From Candidatus Coprosoma sp. (GTDB taxonomy: Bacteria; Bacillota_I; Bacilli_A; RF39; UBA660): a DNA stretch of 64,000 nucleotides. A program made the position numbers and the translations under genes. Positions 35,936-45,492 of this stretch are shown here, in pieces. How positions within the stretch are numbered: the first letter of the stretch is position 1; each line of letters starts with the position of its first letter. The notes below the pieces were generated by a model. The model had not been told where the DNA came from, ran no database searches, and saw nothing but the letters and a program-made list of their open reading frames with translations. The stretch is taken from positions 4,070 through 68,069 of the forward strand of contig CAWVFK010000025.1 in the NCBI GenBank assembly GCA_963928595.1, read 5' to 3'.

Positions 35936-37189
35936 CTATTTTTGGGAATGTTTTTCACTTTGTAATTTTTTTAAACTATTATTATAAAATATCAAAATAT
36001 ATTTGGTTATTTCATTTTGATTAGCAAATGTTACTCCATTATCTTTTAAATTTTCAAACATAGCCTCATTGCCTTTATTAGCTTTAATGTTGTTTTCAGT
36101 AACAAATGTTTCAAATAGAGGATCAATTAACAATTGATTTGTTTTATTAATATTGCCACTTTGATAACTAGCAATAACAAAAGCGTGTGGTTCTAATAAC
36201 TGTTCGAAGAAATAAACATTTAAAACTTGGGCAGTAATGTCTTTTTCATCCAAGTAATCTTTAATCATTGCAGCTATCTCTTCATCCAAACTATAGTGAT
36301 TTGGTATAGATGGTAATTCATTTTTAATCTTTTGAACTAATTTAATAATAGTCTTTGGTGACGATTTTTTCTGCGCTCCATAGATATAATCATTTTCTAA
36401 TTCAATTATAGAATCACATATTTTATAATAATAAAAGTTAATAATTGATGAATAATCTTGTTCCTCACCAATCGCTTTTTGCATAGCTTTTCGATATGTA
36501 TCATTCTCACTACTTGAAATATATATCGGTGGCAAGCCAACATCTATAAATAATTTGTTTATAAAGGCTCTAATGGTACGACCATTACCATCAAAAAATG
36601 GATGAATTTTAATTAAATGACATTTTAACATAATACATTTATCAATATATTCAAATAGATGACCCGGATTATGTTTAATTTCTTCGCCTAAAGCAATAAT
36701 ATTTTGGACATCACCATCTAATTCTTTGATTTCTTGCCAAATGCTTCGCCAATCTGATAAATTGATACCAGTGTTTGGTAAATATACATTATCGTTTCGA
36801 AAATGCCCACTATTTTCAGGGAATGGAGCTTTAGAAAATAGTTTTTTGTGTAAATCAAGTAAGGTATAAATATCAAAGTGTTCATTTATTTCATCTGATA
36901 ATAAATATTCATACATTTCTTTTAAGCCGTCTTTTTCATATTTTAGATGAGCATCTTCTAGTATTGACTCACAAGCTATGTAATGTCTTAAAAAATCTTC
37001 AGCAGTTTGATTTAAATGACGTCTATTTTCATCTAATTGATAGTAAAACATCAATAATCTTTTAGGAACTACTAATCCATTTTTACCATCCTGATATAAT
37101 TGTCTAGTCCTTCTTCTTTCAATATAATCAAAAAATAATCCTTTTAAAATTTCTACTAATTCATCTTGATTGGTTATAATTCCACCCAT
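35936..37189 (-). CDS. Fic-family protein with a ~170-aa C-terminal extension
   Basis: Canonical motif HPFFDGNGRTIRAF. Start set at MGGIITNQ (ATG 37189) behind AGGTGA. Confidence 0.85.
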   Translation of the reverse strand: MGGIITNQDELVEILKGLFFDYIERRRTRQLYQDGKNGLVVPKRLLMFYYQLDENRRHLNQTAEDFLRHYIACESILEDAHLKYEKDGLKEMYEYLLSDEINEHFDIYTLLDLHKKLFSKAPFPENSGHFRNDNVYLPNTGINLSDWRSIWQEIKELDGDVQNIIALGEEIKHNPGHLFEYIDKCIMLKCHLIKIHPFFDGNGRTIRAFINKLFIDVGLPPIYISSSENDTYRKAMQKAIGEEQDYSSIINFYYYKICDSIIELENDYIYGAQKKSSPKTIIKLVQKIKNELPSIPNHYSLDEEIAAMIKDYLDEKDITAQVLNVYFFEQLLEPHAFVIASYQSGNINKTNQLLIDPLFETFVTENNIKANKGNEAMFENLKDNGVTFANQNEITKYILIFYNNSLKKLQSEKHSQK

Positions 37190-37260
37190 TTTCATCACCT
37201 TGCGAGGTGTATTTTAACAGAATAATATATTTTCGTCAAGAAAAAAAGCTACATGTGTAG

Positions 37261-38049
37261 CTATACCCCCATTGTCATTGTTTCAGGTAATGTTGAACCG
37301 CCGTCTATGACTATACCTTGGGCAGTAATATAACTAGATTCATCTGAGGCAAGGAAAGCCGCTAGATTTCCTAATTCTTCGATGGTTCCTAATCTTTTCA
37401 TTGGAATCCCTTTAGCAATCCCTTCGACAACACTATCTGGATTTTCGGCATTTGATTCTTTAGCCATACCACTAACCATAGGAGTCATGATATATCCAGG
37501 CATGATAGCATTGACTCTAACATTTTTATCAACTAATTCTGCAGCTAAACCTTTAGTAAAGCCAATTAAAGCAGCTTTAGTAGTCGCATAGGCTACTTCT
37601 CCACTATCGGCAACCATTGGACCGGTTACACTTGATAAGTTAACAATCGAACCTTTTTCCATATATGGAAGGGTGGCCTTAGTAACATTCCAAGTTCCTT
37701 TAATATTAATATCAAAATGAAAATTTCTTAATTCATCTTCCATATCCATAAATGGTTTTAAACGGCATACCCCAGCATTATTTACTAATACGTCGATGTT
37801 ACCCCATTTACTGTGGATATCTTGAATAGCTAATTTAACTCTTTCTACATCTCTAATATCCACTTTATAACCTAAAACATCATAGTCTTGTGACTTTAAT
37901 TCGTTTATAGTATCAGTTAATTTTTCATCATAATCTAAAATGGCAACCTTAGCTCCTTCTTTTAAGAAGACCTTAGTAATACCTAACCCATTCCCCATGG
38001 CTCCGCCAGTAATTATGGCAACTTTATTTTGTAATTTCAAATTATTCAT
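37261..38049 (-). CDS. SDR-family oxidoreductase
   Basis: TGGAMGNGLG Rossmann motif, NNAG, and a catalytic S...YxxxK (YATTKAA). Its start overlaps the pduL stop. Confidence 0.85.
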   Translation of the reverse strand: MNNLKLQNKVAIITGGAMGNGLGITKVFLKEGAKVAILDYDEKLTDTINELKSQDYDVLGYKVDIRDVERVKLAIQDIHSKWGNIDVLVNNAGVCRLKPFMDMEDELRNFHFDINIKGTWNVTKATLPYMEKGSIVNLSSVTGPMVADSGEVAYATTKAALIGFTKGLAAELVDKNVRVNAIMPGYIMTPMVSGMAKESNAENPDSVVEGIAKGIPMKRLGTIEELGNLAAFLASDESSYITAQGIVIDGGSTLPETMTMGV

Positions 38050-38620
38050 CCCTTTCTAATTCAATGATTTCTAGTTCATCGCCTGTTTTGATACCAAAGG
38101 CATTACCTTCATCGGTATCAATGTGCATTTCTAATAATGATGGTTCGATAATTTTTAAATGAACATTGTTTAAAATTCCACCTTTTTCACCATTGACTTT
38201 TACTTTAACTTTTTTAACACCTTCTAGGCCATATTTTTTTACTTCTTCTGGACTGATATGAATGTGACGGTTAGCTAATATGCAGCCCTTGTCTAAATTT
38301 AATTCACCTTTAGGTCCAACAATAGTGATTGGACTTGAACCTTCTAAATCACCAGAAGTTCTAATCGGTGGATTTACTTTTAGAGTGAAAGAGTCTGTTT
38401 TAGAAATTTCTACTTGAGTATAATTTCTAATCGGTCCAAGAACCCTTACATGAGATATTTGTCGATCACCATTTTTAATGGTTACAAACTTATCAGAAGC
38501 AAATTGTCCTGGTTGACGTAAGTCTCTGACTTTATTCATTGGTTCATCACCAAATAAAGTATAATAATCGTCTTTGTTTAAATGTACGTGGCGATTAGAA
38601 ACGCCTAATATTACTTTCAT
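38042..38620 (-). CDS. pduL: phosphate propanoyltransferase / PduL-type phosphotransacylase
   Basis: Two PduL repeats (GVSNRHVHL, ANRHIHISPEE), 192 aa. Confidence 0.85.
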   Translation of the reverse strand: MKVILGVSNRHVHLNKDDYYTLFGDEPMNKVRDLRQPGQFASDKFVTIKNGDRQISHVRVLGPIRNYTQVEISKTDSFTLKVNPPIRTSGDLEGSSPITIVGPKGELNLDKGCILANRHIHISPEEVKKYGLEGVKKVKVKVNGEKGGILNNVHLKIIEPSLLEMHIDTDEGNAFGIKTGDELEIIELERDE

Positions 38621-38713
38621 ATATTCCTCCTTTTGTAGTTTTTATCCTACTTCTCTTTAAGTATAACATATTTTTGGTGTAGGCGAATATATTATTATGG
38701 AAAGGATGATTAA

Positions 38714-39073
38714 ATGAACAATAATTTTGTAAACCAAAACGGTTTTCCTGGAACGCCTATTTATAGTGGTAGTGGGAATGTTCCAAATCAACAAACACAA
38801 ATGAATTTTAATGTTCCAGCGGAACAATCTTATATTGAAAATATTTTAAGATTAAATCGTGGTAAAAAGGTTGAGATATATGCTTCTTATCCTGATTCAG
38901 ATGAATGGCGAAACAAGATATTTTCGGGTATAATTGAACAATCTGGACGTGATCATATTATTTTAAGTGATCCTAGTACTGGCAATTGGTATTTAATTTT
39001 GATTATTTATGTCAATTATATAAAATTTGATGAACGCATTATTTCTGATCCAGAATTCTATCCAAACAATTGA
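38714..39073 (+). CDS. gerQ: spore coat protein GerQ
   Basis: Q/N/P-rich N-terminus, then SYIENILRLNRGKKVEIY ... GIIEQSGRDHIILSDPSTGNWYL, characteristic of GerQ/YwdL. Confidence 0.75.
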   Translation: MNNNFVNQNGFPGTPIYSGSGNVPNQQTQMNFNVPAEQSYIENILRLNRGKKVEIYASYPDSDEWRNKIFSGIIEQSGRDHIILSDPSTGNWYLILIIYVNYIKFDERIISDPEFYPNN

Positions 39074-39115
39074 AATAGAAAATAATATTTGTTATAATGT
39101 TTTTAAGGTGATGAT

Positions 39116-39661
39116 ATGGGCGTATTTATTGTAGTGACATCGGTTTTGTTGGCTATTAGTTTACTTATTATTTGGGTAGCAAATAGCTATAATCAATTTC
39201 AAGTTTTAGTTATTAGAATTAACGAGGCAGAAGCCAATATCGATGCAGTATTAAGAAAAAGATTTGATTTACTTAATAAGTCAATTGATATTATCAAAGA
39301 AAATACAAAAACAGAAGACGATGTTTTAGGTCAAATTGTAAAAATTCGTTCAAGAAAGTTAAGTAATTTTGATTTAGACCGAAAATTATATGATGGAATA
39401 AAAGAGTTCGAAAAATATAAGGAAAAATATCCAAAGTTAAAAAACGTTGAATCCTTTATGAAGATCGATATTGGTTTAAATGAATCAGAAGCCGAAATTG
39501 TAGCTTTTAGAAAATATTATAACGATATTATTACTGATTATAACAAATTAGTTAAGTCTTTTCCAACTAATATAATTGCTTTATTTTTTAAATTTAAAAG
39601 TAAATTATATTTTGATGGTAAAGATATGAATGATGAAATTGTTGATGATTTTAAACTATAA
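39116..39661 (+). CDS. lemA: LemA-family protein
   Basis: N-terminal TM followed by YNQFQVLVIRINEAEANIDAVLRKRFDLL and a C-terminal FPTNIIALFFKFK motif. Confidence 0.8.
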   Translation: MGVFIVVTSVLLAISLLIIWVANSYNQFQVLVIRINEAEANIDAVLRKRFDLLNKSIDIIKENTKTEDDVLGQIVKIRSRKLSNFDLDRKLYDGIKEFEKYKEKYPKLKNVESFMKIDIGLNESEAEIVAFRKYYNDIITDYNKLVKSFPTNIIALFFKFKSKLYFDGKDMNDEIVDDFKL

Positions 39662-39667
39662 AAGTTC

Positions 39668-40102
39668 CTATTTGGAACTTTTCTTTTTTTTCTTTCTTTT
39701 ATAATGTTTGACAATGATAAATAATACAATAAATATGGCTATGGCTGCACATGCATAGATAATATATGTTTCATCTTGTTTGGTTGTTTTCTTTTCTTTC
39801 TCGTTTTTTTCTTCAGTTTTGATGACGTACTCACCATTTTTGGTATATAAATAATTTTCTCTAGCATATCTTGCGACATAGTCTTTATCTTGTAACTTAG
39901 TTATTTCAGTTTTTAAATCACTGGCATCACTTTTTAGAGTACTAAGTTTTTCTGTAAGTTCTTTCTCTTCTGATTTTAATTTATATAAATCCATGCCAGT
40001 GGTAACTAAGGTAAAAGCACAATAAACGATGATAAAAATAGCAATTGGTCCAAAGACTATTAGACGTCTTTTAGCTTTTTTAGAGACTTTTTTCTTAGCC
40101 AT
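39668..40102 (-). CDS. divIC: septum formation initiator (DivIC/FtsB family)
   Basis: Basic N-terminus, TM, then a coiled coil (LKSEEKELTEKLSTLKSDASDLKTEITKLQD) and YVARYARENY. Follows yabP-yabQ as in B. subtilis. Start at MAKKK behind AGGTGA. Confidence 0.7.
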   Translation of the reverse strand: MAKKKVSKKAKRRLIVFGPIAIFIIVYCAFTLVTTGMDLYKLKSEEKELTEKLSTLKSDASDLKTEITKLQDKDYVARYARENYLYTKNGEYVIKTEEKNEKEKKTTKQDETYIIYACAAIAIFIVLFIIVKHYKRKKKKKSSK

Positions 40103-40185
40103 TTTTATCACCTACTTTCTAGTAAAAGTATAGCATTTTTCACATTCTTTTACAATGAAGCTTTCATTGTTAGACAAATTATTGA

Positions 40186-40208
40186 CAAAAAAAGTACTAT
40201 TCAGTACT
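40186..40208 (-). terminator. rho-independent terminator after yabQ
   Basis: AGTACT (40193..40198) / AGTACT (40203..40208), with an A6 run on the plus strand that gives a U-run on the minus strand. It covers the yabQ TAG stop. Confidence 0.55.
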
Positions 40209-40497
40209 AAGAATTATGTTTCCTCTTTCTTTTGACTTTTTGATGAATGAGGTTTTCTATATAGAAACCTAAAACGATCATGATTAATTCATATGGGTGA
40301 AATGTTGCATTATTAATATTTAAAAGAATAATAAAGTATAGAAGAACACTTGAAAATACAACGAGAGCGGTACCAATAAATTTAATTACCTTTTTACTAC
40401 TATAAATTATCTTATGATTTATAGTTAAAAATAAAGAAAAAAATACACCAAAGGCAAAGGAAAATATTAATGAATTTATTTGAATATCTAATGGCAT
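40207..40497 (-). CDS. yabQ: spore cortex biosynthesis protein YabQ
   Basis: 96 aa with 3 TM helices. Translationally coupled to yabP (start and stop overlap). Position is as in B. subtilis. Confidence 0.65.
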   Translation of the reverse strand: MPLDIQINSLIFSFAFGVFFSLFLTINHKIIYSSKKVIKFIGTALVVFSSVLLYFIILLNINNATFHPYELIMIVLGFYIENLIHQKVKRKRKHNS

Positions 40498-40787
40498 TAT
40501 TTAAATAATTTATTAAATAGGCCGCCCTCTTTTTCTTTGCCTCCGTCTTCAGTATAAGCTATACTATCAACTTTACCTTTAATAGATACATTACCTTGAT
40601 ATGTATCTAGTTTAATTATTTCTAATTCTTCACCTTTCAAGGTTAAATTACCCATGCTGGTTTCCATAAAGAATTCATTTTCATCAAAGCTTTCAATCTT
40701 TTTAACACCAGTTATAATAATGTTTTTTCTTTCATTAATCGTAATACTATGATTTAGTGAAGTTATAACACTATCTATTTTATCCAT
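40497..40787 (-). CDS. yabP: sporulation protein YabP
   Basis: 96 aa. ITINERKNIIITGVKKIESFDENEF ... LTLKGEELEI ... VSIKGKVDSI matches the YabP/YqfC beta-repeat pattern. Confidence 0.8.
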   Translation of the reverse strand: MDKIDSVITSLNHSITINERKNIIITGVKKIESFDENEFFMETSMGNLTLKGEELEIIKLDTYQGNVSIKGKVDSIAYTEDGGKEKEGGLFNKLFK

Positions 40788-40828
40788 ATTTGTCCACCCT
40801 TTCTAAAAGAGTATATGTTTATAAAATG

Positions 40829-40850
40829 AAAAAAAGACGAATTATTCGCC
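40829..40850 (-). terminator. rho-independent terminator overlapping the spoVG stop
   Basis: On the minus strand, GGCGAA-TAA-TTCGTC (one G-U pair) is followed by T7 (plus-strand A-run at 40829..40835). Confidence 0.5.
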
Positions 40851-41111
40851 TTTTTCTTCTTTAACTTTTTTATATTCCTCAAGGATAGTGTCTTCAAACA
40901 TTTTACGGCACTCTGGAGTAATTGGATGTGCGACGTCATGATAAGTACCATCACTATTCTTACGACTTGGCATTGCGACAAACAAGCCGTTATCACCCTC
41001 GATAATTCTAATTCCGTGAATTGCGAAGCAGTCATCTACTACTACTGATACGATACCACGCATACGGTTTTCACTGTCGACTGTACGAACGTTGACTGAT
41101 GTGATTTTCAA
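40842..41111 (-). CDS. spoVG: septation protein SpoVG
   Basis: MKITSVNVRTV ... FAIHGIRIIEGDNGLFVAMPSRK ... HDVAHPIT is a strong SpoVG signature. TTG start behind GGAGAGG. Confidence 0.93.
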   Translation of the reverse strand: MKITSVNVRTVDSENRMRGIVSVVVDDCFAIHGIRIIEGDNGLFVAMPSRKNSDGTYHDVAHPITPECRKMFEDTILEEYKKVKEEKGE

Positions 41112-41187
41112 GCTAACCTCTCCCTTCTAGCATGATTCCATTTTCAGTATACAATATTTTAAGGCAAAAATCAAGTATGATATATGT

Positions 41188-41430
41188 TTATTCATATATT
41201 TTAATAGTTTTTGTGATGACATCGGCATAAGAAAAAGATTTGATACTTTTATTCTCGATAAGTTCAATTAAAAATACACAATTATACATTTTGATTATTT
41301 TAGCTTCATATGTTTCAAATTTGTTTCGTCCAAGATTGTATTTAATTTTGACTATTTTTCCAAGATGGGGTTTTAAGGCATTTTTAATACTTTCGGTATT
41401 ATAGAGATCTTTAGCGGGGATAACCAACAT
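41188..41430 (-). CDS. veg: Veg protein
   Basis: IKNALKPHLGKIVKIKYNLGRNKFETYEAKI ... SFSYADVITKTIKI matches Veg. The start is uncertain: ATG 41430 (overlaps the yabG end by 20 nt) is preferred over 41475. Confidence 0.78.
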   Translation of the reverse strand: MLVIPAKDLYNTESIKNALKPHLGKIVKIKYNLGRNKFETYEAKIIKMYNCVFLIELIENKSIKSFSYADVITKTIKIYE

Positions 41431-42193
41431 ACATGGTTCCTTTCGTAATAATGCCCCCCATTCCTTCTTTGCCATATTTAGTTTTATCTAAAATATCTTT
41501 GATATCAATATCTTTATTAATGTCTGATAAGCTCATTTTGGCTGCGACAATGGCGGGATCTAGTGCGTGAATATTGATGCGTTTTGGACTTGATGCGAAG
41601 TTAGCTCCGGCTCTGATTAATTCTTCATAGTATGATGAACAACCACCAGATATGATTATTAATTTTTCATGACTATTTTCGTATTCTCTTGCCTGTTTAA
41701 TGGATTCGGCAAAATATTTACTATTTTTATAAGCCTCTATATTATTGGTGTCACCTTTTCTTTTGTAGTAAGCATCATGGCCGGTTATAACTACGATATT
41801 GGGTTTATATTTGTTTAGCCATTCTTTCATATGAAGAGGCATGTTTTTTTCTTCTTCAATTATCCCCATAGCCCAAATATTAGTTTCTTTATAATAATCT
41901 AGACAGCGTCTTAGAAAATCTTTATCACTGTCAATGTGGAGAATCTTACCGGGAAGATAAAAAAAATCATTTCTATTTAATTCTTCAACGTTATGAATTC
42001 TTTCTAAAAATGTTTTTTCTCCTTCAATATCACCACCTTCATGTCTTTTTAAATCATCAAGTGTACTATCGACTAGCAGTCTAACGTTAATACCTTTTAA
42101 TTCACACATGTTGCCTTCTATTTTTAGAATTTTAAATACAATGTCATTATTATGTGAATTGCGGGTTACTAAATCACCTATTTTAAAATCCAT
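41411..42193 (-). CDS. yabG: sporulation-specific protease YabG
   Basis: About 260 aa. MDFKIGDLVTR ... ILHIDSD ... VVITGHDAY ... GGCSSYYE ... NIHALDPA is typical of peptidase U57/YabG. Start at ATG 42193 behind GGGTGA. Confidence 0.85.
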   Translation of the reverse strand: MDFKIGDLVTRNSHNNDIVFKILKIEGNMCELKGINVRLLVDSTLDDLKRHEGGDIEGEKTFLERIHNVEELNRNDFFYLPGKILHIDSDKDFLRRCLDYYKETNIWAMGIIEEEKNMPLHMKEWLNKYKPNIVVITGHDAYYKRKGDTNNIEAYKNSKYFAESIKQAREYENSHEKLIIISGGCSSYYEELIRAGANFASSPKRINIHALDPAIVAAKMSLSDINKDIDIKDILDKTKYGKEGMGGIITKGTMYVGYPR

Positions 42194-42247
42194 ATTATCA
42201 CCCAAGTAAGTATATGCGAGCAATTTTGTTTTATAACAAAAAAAGAC

Positions 42248-42709
42248 TTAAAGCGTCTTGGTTTTTGGTGAGTTAAATATCACTTCTTCACTATAATATT
42301 CATCGGTTCTAGAAGATTCTTGCCAGGCGTAAGCATCGATTATTTTATCAAACTCTTCTAATCTATTAGTAGGAATAGTAATAAGGGGTTTATCAGTACC
42401 TAAATAGGCAAATGAATCTTCTAAAATTTGTTTACTATAACCTCTTTTTTGATAATCTTCATTTACAAGTAAGGTACAGATTTTCTTTTCATCAGTGTTT
42501 TTTAAAGTAGATAAGCTTACGATTTCTAAGCCATCTAAATAAAAAATTATATCACCTTCACCTTTAAAGATTCTCGGTAAGTTGACGGTGTAAAACCACT
42601 TTAAATATTCTGGATACTGGTCATGATTGTATGCTGTTTGCATATATATGGCCGCAACTGCTTTAGAAAAATTTTTATCTGTCATTTTACTTAAAATATA
42701 TCTTTCCAT
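42248..42709 (-). CDS. GNAT-like acetyltransferase (tentative)
   Basis: 153 aa. LVNEDYQKRGYSKQILE resembles the acetyl-CoA binding Q/RxxGxG/A segment. The rest is not diagnostic. Confidence 0.5.
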   Translation of the reverse strand: MERYILSKMTDKNFSKAVAAIYMQTAYNHDQYPEYLKWFYTVNLPRIFKGEGDIIFYLDGLEIVSLSTLKNTDEKKICTLLVNEDYQKRGYSKQILEDSFAYLGTDKPLITIPTNRLEEFDKIIDAYAWQESSRTDEYYSEEVIFNSPKTKTL

Positions 42710-42762
42710 TATTACTCCTCCATTTAGTTTTTTATTGTATCATAAAAAGTTCCACTTGGGAA

Positions 42763-45267
42763 CTATTTATTTAATATAGCATCTATTGGTTTAATTCTAT
42801 TTACTCTACTAATTGAAATAAATGTTATTACCAAAGCTATTATAATTGTAAAGATAAACATGCCTAATGGGACTAGTGGACTTTTTATTATTCCGTTTAA
42901 GGTATAATACATGTTTCCAAACATACTTTTATTTAATAAATTGCAGGCATATATCCAACCTATAACTGATAATATCCATGATATGAAACCGATTATTAAT
43001 GATTCATAGGTAAATATTTTTAAGGTATCTTTATTTCTAGCTCCTAGGGCTCTTAATATTCCTATTTCTTTTTTGGCATATGATATTGATGTTCCTATGA
43101 AGTTTGAAAATAGTAAAATAGCAAATAATACAAAGATTAAACTTACTACTAATATGTATTTATATAGTGCTTTGTATGTGCCAATGACCATAGATATATC
43201 TGATTCATGAGGTATACTATAGGTATAATATGTTCCATTTTTAAAATCTCTTATTTGATTAAATTTATATGTGTTAAAAATTTCTTTTAGATTTTTAATG
43301 TTATCATCATAAATATATACTTCTTCTAATGTTTTTGTCTTTGGTGTATATTCTTCTACATATTCGTTACTGACATATGAATTATCTTCTATAGTTACTC
43401 CTATAGTATTTATAACAATATTATCGGTTTTACCGGTTTCTTGATTATATTTTTTTAGCTTTATTTTTAATGCTTTAAAACTATTACTGTTTAAATAATT
43501 TTGGGTATATGTTTCTACAATTTCGTTATATGATAGTGTGCTATTTTCTTTTGAATATTCTTCTAAACCTTGATTATAATTTGGATCTAGTTTTTTTAAA
43601 TCGTTTATGGATAATATTACTTCATTTTTGTTTAATTTGTTTACCTCTTTTAATCCTTCTTTGGTAATTATAGTTTTATTTTCGGTTAAACTATTTAAAT
43701 TATATGTGGATATTTCTTCGGGATTAATATTTTCATTATCTACTATATTAGTAATGGACATTTTAGTTAATATTTCTCTTTTATCGTTATTTAATTTTGC
43801 TACATTTGTAAAGCCTTTTACATAAACGGTATCTGATAAGCCTACATAATTATATTGTATGTAATTTCTTAGGTCATAATTATTAATCGGATTTCCATTT
43901 TTATATTCTTCAAACTGACTATTATCGTCATCTACTACTCCTGATATAGTAACTTTATTATCACCTAATTTTAATTCATGTTTTGAATTTACAAGCTCTT
44001 CAATACTTTTTGGTTTATATAAATTATTTTCACTATCAATAACACCATATTTAATTATGTATTCGGCAAAATATTTATGAATGACTAATTCTTGATTTGT
44101 CTCTGGAAGTTTACCTATTAATTTACCAACTACTTTATCATCTGTTATTTCAACGAATCTGATAATAGCTGGTTCATTCATATAATAATCTGGTTTTTCT
44201 ATTTCTGACGTACCTAATTCAAATGTTAAAATTGAGTTATTATCATATAACATATAGGCTTTGTTTAAAGTACTTTGGGTATCTTTTTCTATTTGTTTTA
44301 TATCTTCTTCTTTTAATTCATATGTTCTTTGATCATATAATCCATAATATTCTGTTTTATTTACGGTATAGACATATTGGTTATTTTCCTTCATAGTATT
44401 GGTCATTAAATCTACTTTATCAAATATTAAACAGTTTACGGTAAAGCCCATAAATATTAAAGCCATAGCGGTTAGTATACAAGTCATTAAAAGTTTTAAT
44501 GGTTTTATGGTAAGGGATTTTAAGGCTAATTTAATACTGTAGGAAAATGGTAGTTTTGCTTTTTTTAAATTTAACTTTTCTTCTTTTTCTTCTATTTCTG
44601 GGTTTGTATCTTTTATAATATTTCCGTCTTTTAGTTCGATTATTCTATCGGCATATTTATTTGCGGATTCTATATCATGTGAGACAACTATTACTAGTTT
44701 TTCTTTAGATATTTCTTTTAATAAATCAAATATTTGTTTTCCGTTTGTTTGATCTAAATTACCTGTGGGTTCATCAGCTAGAATTATTTTTGGATTTTTG
44801 ATTAAAGCTCTAGCAATGGCGACTCTTTGTTTTTGGCCTCCTGATAATTCGTTGGGCTTTCTTTGCTCTAAATCTTTTAATCCTAAACGATTTAATAAAT
44901 TTTTTACTTCATCTTTTTGGGGTTTTTGATTTTGAAGTCTTAAAGCTAGTTCTATATTTTCATAGACACTATACTCTTCTAAAATATTAAATTCTTGAAA
45001 AATAAAACCTATATACGCATTTCTATATGAATCATACTGTTTATTTTTAAATTTACTTATGTTTTGATTATTTATTAATAATTCGCCACTGGTTACATTA
45101 TCTAAGCCACCTAATATATTTAACATGGTAGATTTTCCACTGCCTGACTTTCCTACTATAAAGACTAAACCAGCATTTCCTATTTTCAAATTTATATTAT
45201 TTAAGGCTTTTGTCTCTACTCCTTTTTTTGTTTTATAAGTTTTACTGACATTTTTAAACTCTATCAT
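42763..45267 (-). CDS. fused ABC transporter ATP-binding protein / FtsX-type permease (MacB-like)
   Basis: Walker A GKSGSGKST, signature LSGGQKQR and Walker B ILADEP. These are followed by a TM, a ~420-aa extracytoplasmic region and a C-terminal three-helix FtsX domain. Confidence 0.85.
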   Translation of the reverse strand: MIEFKNVSKTYKTKKGVETKALNNINLKIGNAGLVFIVGKSGSGKSTMLNILGGLDNVTSGELLINNQNISKFKNKQYDSYRNAYIGFIFQEFNILEEYSVYENIELALRLQNQKPQKDEVKNLLNRLGLKDLEQRKPNELSGGQKQRVAIARALIKNPKIILADEPTGNLDQTNGKQIFDLLKEISKEKLVIVVSHDIESANKYADRIIELKDGNIIKDTNPEIEEKEEKLNLKKAKLPFSYSIKLALKSLTIKPLKLLMTCILTAMALIFMGFTVNCLIFDKVDLMTNTMKENNQYVYTVNKTEYYGLYDQRTYELKEEDIKQIEKDTQSTLNKAYMLYDNNSILTFELGTSEIEKPDYYMNEPAIIRFVEITDDKVVGKLIGKLPETNQELVIHKYFAEYIIKYGVIDSENNLYKPKSIEELVNSKHELKLGDNKVTISGVVDDDNSQFEEYKNGNPINNYDLRNYIQYNYVGLSDTVYVKGFTNVAKLNNDKREILTKMSITNIVDNENINPEEISTYNLNSLTENKTIITKEGLKEVNKLNKNEVILSINDLKKLDPNYNQGLEEYSKENSTLSYNEIVETYTQNYLNSNSFKALKIKLKKYNQETGKTDNIVINTIGVTIEDNSYVSNEYVEEYTPKTKTLEEVYIYDDNIKNLKEIFNTYKFNQIRDFKNGTYYTYSIPHESDISMVIGTYKALYKYILVVSLIFVLFAILLFSNFIGTSISYAKKEIGILRALGARNKDTLKIFTYESLIIGFISWILSVIGWIYACNLLNKSMFGNMYYTLNGIIKSPLVPLGMFIFTIIIALVITFISISRVNRIKPIDAILNK

Positions 45268-45321
45268 TTTAACCCCTACTTTCTAGTTTAATTTTATCAC
45301 ATTTTATTTACAAAATATATT

Positions 45322-45346
45322 AAAACTCTGAAATTAATCAGAGTTT
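45322..45346. repeat. 25-nt hairpin repeat, copy 1 (AAAACTCTGAAATTAATCAGAGTTT)
   Basis: 9-bp stem AAACTCTGA/TCAGAGTTT with a 6-nt loop. Identical to 45463..45487. Sits about 55 nt upstream of the ABC gene start. Confidence 0.7.
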
Positions 45347-45462
45347 GTTTTAATAATTACAGTTTTCCTTTATAAAAGTACACTTTAATAATTTGATTTA
45401 TACATATAAGATCAACATTTCTTATATTATCTAAAATGCCTAGTATTAATTTTTTGTTTTGA

Positions 45463-45487
45463 AAAACTCTGAAATTAATCAGAGTTT
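45463..45487. repeat. 25-nt hairpin repeat, copy 2, likely the ftsX terminator
   Basis: Perfect copy of 45322..45346. Starts 6 nt downstream of the ftsX stop. On the minus strand the stem is followed by TTTTCAAAACAAAAAA. Confidence 0.7.
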
Positions 45488-45492
45488 ACAAA

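Noticed and set aside
40775-41035. 86-aa ORF overlapping spoVG on the same strand in another frame
   Set aside because: SpoVG is unambiguous in its own frame. The alternative frame has no SD and no recognisable features.
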